From: an uncultured virus (IMG/VR IMGVR_UViG_3300020577_005857)
Lineage: Duplodnaviria > Heunggongvirae > Uroviricota > Caudoviricetes
IMG/VR virus record: IMGVR_UViG_3300020577_005857
DNA length: 64,000 bases
Strand: one strand, 5' to 3'
In this document: positions 52,610 to 59,419 of the stretch, one piece after another
How the letters are laid out: every line of letters begins with the position of its first letter
Position numbering within the stretch: position 1 is the stretch's first letter
The notes under the pieces: generated by a model
Told to the model about the DNA's origin: nothing
Database searches by the model: none
Seen by the model: only the letters and a program-made list of their open reading frames with translations
Made by a program: the position numbers and the translations under genes

Positions 52610-53845
52610 TTACCCCCAAACACTTTCTTCCACAGGATGGTTAGGATCACGCGGCATATACAACTCAGAATTCTGGATGCTATCACCAGCGTGGCACACT
52701 TCCCACATGGAACACTTCCAGTCTCCAGTACCGCAGATGTAGCCGTTCTCGTTCCGGCTAGGAATTCTGCCGTCCTCCATATCCAGAAGCCAGCGATGCT
52801 CATCCCTAATAGTCTGAGCCTGCCAACGCTCAATCTTCTGAGGGGTAGCGCTTACCGCCGCAGGAACCCGCAGCACTTCTTCCAAGGGATCCACTTCCAA
52901 AGGCAACACAAGATCCTGTCTATCAAGAGCATCGATCCAGCCCCTTACTCCACCAGGGAAGTCCTCGAAAGTCTGGAATCCAACAGCCTTGCTGAGATTT
53001 TGAGACTTGGTTCCCGGCTTGTGATAGGCCCAGGCATATTTCCAGCTACCAGTTAGAGGGTCAATAGCCTTCCAGCCGCGTACCACATGGCTATAAGTCA
53101 CCTTATGCCCAGTCTCGGGGCTCTTACGCCGCTCTCCCTTGATCAGATAGATGTACTGGACATTGCTTACTGCTCTATCGTAGAACTGTTCCGCAGCCCA
53201 AGCCTCCCCAGCGGTTTGCATATCCAGTGGCAGTCTCTCCGCGTCGGTATCTCGCCATTGCTTTTGGGTCTTCCAGTTCAGAACTGATGCATTGCCTTGG
53301 AAGGCCATCAGTGCATCCAAGCGTCCTGCCCACAGGAATGTGACACCGCCCCTATCGTCCTCTGCGTCACCCAGCCACACCAGGACCTCTTCCTCAACCG
53401 CCAGAATCTCATAGTTCCTGAGTAGCTTACTAGCCGCTCGCCGGATTCCAATCCGGATAAGCCCATCACTGAGAGCCCGTTGCTCTTTGATAGTCCACGC
53501 TATAGGAGTGCCAATCTGGGCCCCAAGCCCGCGCGTGGTTACGATCTTATCATACTCGACTAGAGCTTCCCTCACGGCCTCATCTTCGGAGGCTCCCTGC
53601 AAATACAGCGCCAGCCCATGATGGACGACGATTCCAGTAGCGAGGGGCACCGCAGAAGGCTTGCGCATGACACCATATCCGATACCCGGCTGTCCCTCCA
53701 CCACACGCTGTACAGGCACATGATAATGCTGCCATCTCAGTTCTGGGCATTTGATCCGAGCCTCTACACGGCTCCGGTCCAGGATCACAATTCGTGCCTT
53801 TGGCGTGCGCCCATTCAAGGCGCGCTCAATCAAGGCATCCATCAT
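52610..53845 (-). CDS. PD-(D/E)XK (RecB/Cas4-like) recombination exonuclease
   Basis: GIVVHHGL, AVEEE, GRLDAL, NWKT motifs; Cys at both ends (Fe-S-like). Confidence 0.75.
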   Translation of the reverse strand: MMDALIERALNGRTPKARIVILDRSRVEARIKCPELRWQHYHVPVQRVVEGQPGIGYGVMRKPSAVPLATGIVVHHGLALYLQGASEDEAVREALVEYDKIVTTRGLGAQIGTPIAWTIKEQRALSDGLIRIGIRRAASKLLRNYEILAVEEEVLVWLGDAEDDRGGVTFLWAGRLDALMAFQGNASVLNWKTQKQWRDTDAERLPLDMQTAGEAWAAEQFYDRAVSNVQYIYLIKGERRKSPETGHKVTYSHVVRGWKAIDPLTGSWKYAWAYHKPGTKSQNLSKAVGFQTFEDFPGGVRGWIDALDRQDLVLPLEVDPLEEVLRVPAAVSATPQKIERWQAQTIRDEHRWLLDMEDGRIPSRNENGYICGTGDWKCSMWEVCHAGDSIQNSELYMPRDPNHPVEESVWG

Positions 53846-54168
53846 ATTCGTATCTCCCTTTGCTCCGGTCTCTTCATCAGCAGCTTATCCGCCAATTTGT
53901 CTACCCTACTTAGCTCTAGCCGTAGCTCCTGGCAGCGTGTCTGCGTAATCCGCTTGCCCGCGCACGCATAGTCTCTGATTCCCTCTATGAAATCGTGGCA
54001 AGCTCTGCAAACTTTGGCGGTGTACCTAGGAATCTTTATTCCATGCAGGTGCAGGATAGCCAGCGTAAGGTCGGGATACCGTCTTGGAATCCTATGATGC
54101 ACAGTTAGGTAATGCTTGCAGCCGCATGCTTCACAATAGCCAAGCTTTCCTCTTTTTCTCTTCTGCAT
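53842..54168 (-). CDS. HNH-like endonuclease
   Basis: CEACG...TVHHRIP...VCRACH. Confidence 0.65.
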   Translation of the reverse strand: MQKRKRGKLGYCEACGCKHYLTVHHRIPRRYPDLTLAILHLHGIKIPRYTAKVCRACHDFIEGIRDYACAGKRITQTRCQELRLELSRVDKLADKLLMKRPEQREIRI

Positions 54169-54299
54169 ACCTCCTCACGGATGAGAGCACGGACCAAATG
54201 GCCCATGCTCTCAAAGCCCCTAATCTCTCGGAGCCGCAGCAAGGCTGCAAGCTCTGCATCCGAAAGCCGAACTCCGATACTATTAGTGCGCCGTTTCAT
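54105..54299 (-). CDS. Ribbon-helix-helix DNA-binding protein
   Basis: SIGVRLSDAELAAL...SMGHLVRALI. Confidence 0.6.
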   Translation of the reverse strand: MKRRTNSIGVRLSDAELAALLRLREIRGFESMGHLVRALIREEVCRREKEESLAIVKHAAASIT

Positions 54300-54415
54300 T
54301 TCACTGCTGCAACATAGACTGAACAAACTGCAAAATAGCCTGCGCTTGCGCTGCGGTGAACGGGCTCAGCATTTTGGTAATGCGCCGGGCCACAACCACA
54401 GGATCAGCTTTGGCA

Positions 54416-54679
54416 TCAGGCTTCTCCTTTAATTCGGTATCCAAATGTCTCCCCTTTCTTAAACGTTACTTCTTCCAAAGTCACACCTGCTACTGTAGCA
54501 AAGTGTTTGGCAATACCATGCACTAAGCTTACGCTTAGCTTAGTAAAGGCCTCCACATCTCCAGGCTGCTGCGGACCTGCCCATATCAGGGCGAATTGCA
54601 CACCCTCGGTGGTGAAAGTGAATTCAACCCTCGCAGTATTGCCGCTGGGAGCCATGAATACGAGCCTTGGCTCGTTCAT
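54416..54679 (-). CDS. Hypothetical protein
   Basis: GGAGG RBS. Confidence 0.5.
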   Translation of the reverse strand: MNEPRLVFMAPSGNTARVEFTFTTEGVQFALIWAGPQQPGDVEAFTKLSVSLVHGIAKHFATVAGVTLEEVTFKKGETFGYRIKGEA

Positions 54680-54807
54680 TCTTTGCCCTCCAGAGCCGCG
54701 ATTTGCGCCCGCAGCTTATCCCGCTTCTCTTCCGGCGTGGCCATCGCCTCGACTCTAATAAGGGGCGCACCTCATGAGAGGTAATCAGTGCCATAGTGGC
54801 TTCTCCT

Positions 54808-56280
54808 TTAAGCATACTTTTTGAGGGGAGTGTCCATGATTTCCTGATACAGACTGTAACGGTTTACCCGCATTGTCTGAACAAGATTTCCAATGCTGTA
54901 CTCATCCACAAATCCAGTAATCGGAAACTTCTCGAAAGGGATACTAGCGGCCTCCAGCTCATGAGTGATGACATCAGTGTCCCCATTCACTCTATAGTAA
55001 TAGACCGCATCCTCACGCTTGAGCCTTGCGGTAGTCTTCCGATACTCATGGCTGAAGGCCGGGTACGTATTGTGACCACCATCCGTGATCAGGGCAATGC
55101 CATCGAAATCCAAGCCTTGTGCGTTAGCGAACTCAAGCCCAGCACCCACAGAAGTGAAGCCATGAGGATTCAGAAGCCTCGTAAGCTCCTTGATCTCAGC
55201 AAGAGTCTTGCCTGTAACCTCACGCCCAAAAGCCTTGAAATTAAAGAACACGAGCCACACTCGGCCCTTTACCATACGCGCCAGTGTAGCAGATACTAAG
55301 CGGCCTATCTCAATGCTCGTCCGCATAGAGGCCGACATATCAGCTAAGACAAGCCAGTTGCCATCGATGCTCCCAGCTCCGAGCTTCCGCTCTTGAATCT
55401 GAGCCAAGGCTTCCTTCACATCTTCCTCTTCCACCATCTCCGCCGCCTTGCCAGCCTTAAACAGGTTCGCGTTGCCTTTGCTCTTAGCCAAGGCTTCAGC
55501 ATAGGCAGCCCTCACCGCTGTGTCCTTATCCATACCCCAGTGCTTCAAGACCTTTACACTATTCACAAGGTCCGAAGCACTCATGCTTTGGATCACGGCA
55601 ATGATTGCCGACGTGTTTCCCTTGATCTGGGGCATCACTGACGTGGCTACCAGAAACGGAATCTTATAGCGCATGATAGTACCCGCAGCCTCTACCGGGT
55701 CCATATTCGGAATCAGTTTGAGGGCACCTAATGCCCCACCCACCTCAGGCAGCTCTTCCCCTTTCAGCTTGAATCCAAGCATGGCAGCAGCCAAAGGACT
55801 GGGCTTCACATGGAAATCGACATACAGCTTCCGAAGGCTGGCCCTATGCTGCAAGACTGTCCGCTCCAGTCTAACGGGACTAGCTTCGATCTTACGGATG
55901 TAGGCCTCGGCCACTCGGCCAATACCTCTCCATGAAAGCCCAGCCTTCCAAGTCTTGGCCGCAACATGCTGCTTCACCAGTGTCTTGGCAAAGGCCACCG
56001 CCCGCACCAATTCACGTGGCCCTAATGCCATCAGGTGGCCATAGCTATTGGCAACTAGTTCGGGCTCCCGCGTAGCGGTGAGCCCCAACACAGGTAGGGC
56101 CACCTTAGCATCACGTATCTGTCCCTTTATATGATTCCAGGCCAAGAAATGATGAAAGAACAACGGATCACTCTTCATGGCCTTGTCTGCGATTGGGATG
56201 TATTCACTTAGGTCTCGGTGCGGGCTCTTATTCAGGACCGCTACCAGTTCATTGATATCGAAGGAGAGTTCTTGAGTCAT
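54808..56280 (-). CDS. Ro60/TROVE-like RNA-binding protein with C-terminal vWA domain
   Basis: About 490 aa; helical N-domain (DPLFF...IRD; MSASDLVNS); vWA MIDAS LADMSASM, T and ITDG; adjacent to structured tRNA-like RNAs. Confidence 0.75.
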   Translation of the reverse strand: MTQELSFDINELVAVLNKSPHRDLSEYIPIADKAMKSDPLFFHHFLAWNHIKGQIRDAKVALPVLGLTATREPELVANSYGHLMALGPRELVRAVAFAKTLVKQHVAAKTWKAGLSWRGIGRVAEAYIRKIEASPVRLERTVLQHRASLRKLYVDFHVKPSPLAAAMLGFKLKGEELPEVGGALGALKLIPNMDPVEAAGTIMRYKIPFLVATSVMPQIKGNTSAIIAVIQSMSASDLVNSVKVLKHWGMDKDTAVRAAYAEALAKSKGNANLFKAGKAAEMVEEEDVKEALAQIQERKLGAGSIDGNWLVLADMSASMRTSIEIGRLVSATLARMVKGRVWLVFFNFKAFGREVTGKTLAEIKELTRLLNPHGFTSVGAGLEFANAQGLDFDGIALITDGGHNTYPAFSHEYRKTTARLKREDAVYYYRVNGDTDVITHELEAASIPFEKFPITGFVDEYSIGNLVQTMRVNRYSLYQEIMDTPLKKYA

Positions 56281-56289
56281 ATATTTTTG

Positions 56290-56460
56290 CCGGGACACTG
56301 AGTTATCAGAAGCTTTATTGCTATTTTGCTACCCCCCCCCCCCCCACTAAAAGCTCCCTAAGAGCCCTTAGTGGAGGGGGCCGGACTCGAACCGGCAGTC
56401 TCATTCGTGAAATGAATGTGCTTTAACCGCGCTTGTATACTCCTGAAGAAAGCGCCCCGG
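56290..56460 (-). ncRNA. Y-RNA-like element containing a circularly permuted tRNA(UUC)-like domain
   Basis: Terminal stem CCGGGGCGCU/AGUGUCCCGG; inner stem UCAGGAGU/GCUUCUGA; anticodon arm CAUUC-AUUUCAC-GAAUG; T arm GCCGG-UUCGAGU-CCGGC; acceptor closed by a long hairpin. Confidence 0.7.
56332..56345. repeat. C14 (G14 on the transcribed strand) homopolymer
   Basis: 14 consecutive C. Confidence 0.9.
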
Positions 56461-56468
56461 ATATCTAA

Positions 56469-56534
56469 TGGCCGCAGAGTGATAGGAACTTTTCTTTGCA
56501 AGGAATGGCTTGTAGGTCCCTCTCGATGCGGCCA
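56469..56534 (-). ncRNA. Short Y-RNA-like hairpin element
   Basis: UGGCCGCA/UGCGGCCA terminal stem, internal loop with 3' AUCACUC, inner stem AGGGAC/GUUCCU. Confidence 0.5.
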
Positions 56535-56552
56535 AACTCTCAACCCAGATCA

Positions 56553-56659
56553 GGGTGGGGCAATGATTACTGCTTAAGCTACCTTATCTGTCGCCAAGTT
56601 AGTAGCCAAGACCGGAGGCAAGACCGGCCCCGGACGGCAGCAATCATTCATCCCCACCC
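56553..56659 (-). ncRNA. Y-RNA-like element with a 20-bp bulged terminal stem
   Basis: GGGUGGGG-AUG-AAUGAUUGCUGC pairs with GCAGUAAUCAUU-G-CCCCACCC and encloses two hairpins. Confidence 0.6.
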
Positions 56660-56816
56660 CTCAGCCTAATGCAGTTTCGGTGTAAGGAGACACCCACGGC
56701 TGAGCGACCTAGGATTTTTACTAGGAGGCGACTCTAAAACAGGTCTGAAGCCAACCAAAGCAGGACCATATTCTAAAGTCCCCACCTAGTAGACAACAAT
56801 GTTGCCTATAGGTGAG
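56660..56816 (-). ncRNA. Run of tandem hairpins within the RNA array
   Basis: CUCACCUA-UAGGCAAC/GUUGUCUA-C-UAGGUGGG; GACUUUAGAAUA/UGUUUUAGAGUC; CCUAG/CUAGG; CUCAGCC/GGCUGAG. Confidence 0.5.
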
Positions 56817-56958
56817 TGGGCGCTGAGTAAACCGAAGATTCATCCCCCAGGGTGTTACCCCTCAAGGACAAGACAGGACTCGAACCTGTAACCCTCTGAT
56901 CCGCATTCAGATGCTCTATCCACGTGAGCTACTTGTAGCTCCGGCGAAAAGCGCCCAC
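56816..56958 (-). ncRNA. Y-RNA-like element with embedded tRNA-Arg(GCG)-like cloverleaf
   Basis: Terminal stem GUGGGCGCU/AGCGCCCAC; inner stem CCGGAG/CUUCGG; cloverleaf at 56868-56936 with D arm, UCUGA-AUGCGGA-UCAGA, ACAGG-UUCGAGU-CCUGU; 5-bp acceptor; no CCA. Confidence 0.75.
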
Positions 56959-56964
56959 AAATCG

Positions 56965-56992
56965 AGTGTAGCACATTGTTGCACAATGTCAA
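56965..56992 (-). promoter_or_regulatory. Sigma70 promoter for the RNA array/Ro60 unit, with palindromic operator
   Basis: TTGACA-16 bp-TACACT with extended TG; palindrome ACATTGT-GCA-ACAATGT overlaps the -35 and spacer; predicted +1 coincides with the first RNA. Confidence 0.75.
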
Positions 56993-57012
56993 GCGAATTT
57001 TTTCTTCGCTTT

Positions 57013-57198
57013 TTATTCGCCTTTTGGTGGTCTCCCGAGGCGCTTTCCGTTTTTGCTCAGCGACGGCACGCGCCCCTCGGCACTCTTAATCTTAAGGACT
57101 CGGATCTCGTTTTCCAAATCCTTTTGTTGCTCAAGCATAGCTTGTATACGTAGCTTGAGACCCAATAAGGCCAGTTCTTTAAGATCTAATTCTTTCAT
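57013..57198 (-). CDS. Small coiled-coil protein with AT-hook-like tail
   Basis: MKELDLKEL...KRLGRPPK; AGGA RBS. Confidence 0.5.
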   Translation of the reverse strand: MKELDLKELALLGLKLRIQAMLEQQKDLENEIRVLKIKSAEGRVPSLSKNGKRLGRPPKGE

Positions 57199-57208
57199 AT
57201 ATTCCTTT

Positions 57209-58270
57209 CTACTCGACCACCACGTAATCCGCAGCCACTTCCACAGAGTCGCCGCCCCAGTTGAACGTAATGAACATAGGATTGAATGGCAACCCATCTC
57301 CATCCCATCCAGCTATGGCTGGTGTAGCTTCACGCCCCTTAATCCGCACATAGCCCTTGCCGATCCAGGGAGCCCGATGCTGGTTTGTATAGCGGCTGGG
57401 AATCGTCCGGTAAAAGATCCGCTTCCCGTTCTTGCCCCAAGGAATTCCGGTGAAAGAAAGTGTGAGGTAATCCTTGCCCCAAGTTTTGTCCGCGCCGGTT
57501 CCGCCCAATATGAAACGTGTAATCGCCCCACCAAAATACTTGGAGAGCCGAATCATTTTCTCCGTGGTGGTCTCCTTTGGGTAGAATCTGTCATAGGCAT
57601 TCAAATAGAAATCTAGGATCTCGTCATCCAGGTTCCCATGCCATTCTGGGATATGCCCCCGAATCCAATCTCCCCGCACAGCGCTTGACCTATTCATCGC
57701 CTCAAGGATAATCGGAGAATATGTTGCCACGGCCCTCCGAAAATCACTAGAATTCATGAGGAAGTCCTCCCGCCATATGGCAGAGCCGCCACCAAACATG
57801 AGAGTTTTATGCAATTTCTGGAAGTCCCTCACATAGAGATCCGTCTTCGGAATCCAGTCATCGCCGAACATGCTCTCATCAGTCAAGTTCTCAAGCCGGA
57901 TACGAATGTCCACCCCAGGTTTGTAGTGAGCGCACACCCTCCGCTCCAGGCATTCCAGTTGCTTCAAGGCCATGACATCAGCGATATCAACGCTGCCCTC
58001 ACCCTGTTTGCTGGCACCCCAGGGAATAAGGATGGGGATAGGTGCCCCAGCATCCATAGCCTTCCGCACCACGGCGCGTATCTCCACTAAGCCCTCCGGA
58101 TCAGGCATGGGTCCATATCGCTGCTGTTTTGTGCCGATCAGCTCAGACACCACAGCCTCGAACATGACTTTCTTGTCTCCATTGACGGCCCCCGGGAACT
58201 CCAGTTCCATCATCTGAAGTATTGTACCCAGATAAGGATCATCACTATTGGCGCTCAGCTTAAGACTCAT
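57209..58270 (-). CDS. DIT1/PvcA-family (isonitrile synthase-like) enzyme
   Basis: AGAPIPILIPWGASK, DIADVMALKQLECLERRVCAHYKPGVDIRI, LTLSF and APW align by eye with PvcA AGEPIEFVLPAFPAK, DMAERLSLSFL...YAPGAKITV, RLS and TPW. Confidence 0.6.
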   Translation of the reverse strand: MSLKLSANSDDPYLGTILQMMELEFPGAVNGDKKVMFEAVVSELIGTKQQRYGPMPDPEGLVEIRAVVRKAMDAGAPIPILIPWGASKQGEGSVDIADVMALKQLECLERRVCAHYKPGVDIRIRLENLTDESMFGDDWIPKTDLYVRDFQKLHKTLMFGGGSAIWREDFLMNSSDFRRAVATYSPIILEAMNRSSAVRGDWIRGHIPEWHGNLDDEILDFYLNAYDRFYPKETTTEKMIRLSKYFGGAITRFILGGTGADKTWGKDYLTLSFTGIPWGKNGKRIFYRTIPSRYTNQHRAPWIGKGYVRIKGREATPAIAGWDGDGLPFNPMFITFNWGGDSVEVAADYVVVE

Positions 58271-58553
58271 AAGTAATCCACTCCCCTCCAACTTGAAGTT
58301 CTGCCTTCATACGGCAGCCCAGAGAGATGCCGGATTCCCGGTCTATGACATAGATGTTGTAAGACTCTGTGTCTTGCGCCACAATAGCCTTTCGGAGAAT
58401 CGTGATCACAATTACGCTTCTGGTAAACTCTACCTCCATATCATTCATGGCATAGAACTTCCCAGAAAACTTGATGTGCCCCCGGGCCCCAATATAACCA
58501 GTCTCATCCGGGTTCATCCCCGGAGGTATGCCATCCGAATCAATAATGTTCAT
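58260..58553 (-). CDS. Hypothetical protein
   Basis: Coupled ORF. Confidence 0.5.
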   Translation of the reverse strand: MNIIDSDGIPPGMNPDETGYIGARGHIKFSGKFYAMNDMEVEFTRSVIVITILRKAIVAQDTESYNIYVIDRESGISLGCRMKAELQVGGEWITYES

Positions 58554-59050
58554 AGGCCTTTAAGCCACTCCTTCCTCAGCAGTCTTCTCAATCTTTCTTG
58601 CTTCTCATCTAGCTCAGCAATAGTCTTGCCGGTGATGCGTTCTTTCATCTCATCTCCCAGCTTGCTTCGCGCAATTCGGCGCTCAATCTGGAAATTCAGG
58701 TACTTCGGAAGCTCTTCCGGAGTCTCGCCTGCGTACACTTCCAGACACCACGCAGCAAACTTACGCTTGTCCCCTGGGGCAATACTTAACGGTCGCGTCC
58801 TAGCCGCAGGCGGGATCACCCATTCAATCTCGGTTCCTCCCCGCACTGTAGGCCTCCCCAGAGTGCTCACGAATTGCATTACCTGCGGCCCCAGCAGGTC
58901 ATCCTTCCTCAATACTGGCCGCTCAGGAACCTTCCCCAATCGAGTTAGGAACCAGCGCATTGTCTGCACTTGACATTCCCGCCTATGGCAGCACGGCCAA
59001 GTGTCCGGATTCTCTATCCCTACTCCACACCAATAACAAGGCTCTCTCAT
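58550..59050 (-). CDS. Hypothetical protein with N-terminal Cys cluster
   Basis: CYWC...CCHRREC. Confidence 0.5.
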   Translation of the reverse strand: MREPCYWCGVGIENPDTWPCCHRRECQVQTMRWFLTRLGKVPERPVLRKDDLLGPQVMQFVSTLGRPTVRGGTEIEWVIPPAARTRPLSIAPGDKRKFAAWCLEVYAGETPEELPKYLNFQIERRIARSKLGDEMKERITGKTIAELDEKQERLRRLLRKEWLKGL

Positions 59051-59376
59051 CTTGGGTAAGCCTCATCCAGGCCGCGCTTCCATCCCTTTCCATGTGGCTT
59101 TGGGCCAGCTCCGGCCTTGTCTATATTCATCTCAAAGCACATACCCGGAGTAACCCATACCCTATGAGTCCAAGTCTTAGCCGTTGGCTTTCCCCATTTC
59201 TTGGGGGGCGTATTGAAATTCTTGAGGTATTCCACTTCAACCAGCAATTGAGGTTTGAAATCCACGTGAGTTCCATCACTAAACCCGTAGGGAACCGCGA
59301 TCCACATAGCCTTTCCACTGACCGCCTTAGCCGAGTATTCCCGGCCTCTACTCTTAATGTATCCTGTATAAGGCAT
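59047..59376 (-). CDS. Hypothetical basic protein
   Basis: GAGG RBS; coupled ORF. Confidence 0.5.
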   Translation of the reverse strand: MPYTGYIKSRGREYSAKAVSGKAMWIAVPYGFSDGTHVDFKPQLLVEVEYLKNFNTPPKKWGKPTAKTWTHRVWVTPGMCFEMNIDKAGAGPKPHGKGWKRGLDEAYPR

Positions 59377-59419
59377 AAGCTACCTCAGAATGCGCCCTAT
59401 AGGCGCATTCCGCGAAAGC

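Noticed and set aside
52610..53845. Cas4 as part of a CRISPR system
   Set aside because: No cas1/cas2 or array; the context (AAA recombinase, SSB) indicates a phage recombination module.
56369..56400. tmRNA 3' end
   Set aside because: The T arm plus CCUCCA resembles tmRNA, but an anticodon arm precedes it, and I found no matching tmRNA 5' end or tag ORF.
56358..56543. 61-aa ORF, and the GTG start at 56298 for Ro60
   Set aside because: Both overlap strongly base-paired RNA units and lack an RBS; ATG 56280 is preferred.
56865..56938. Ordinary functional tRNA-Arg gene
   Set aside because: The first two acceptor pairs are mismatched, there is no CCA, and it is embedded in a larger stem; reported as ncRNA instead.
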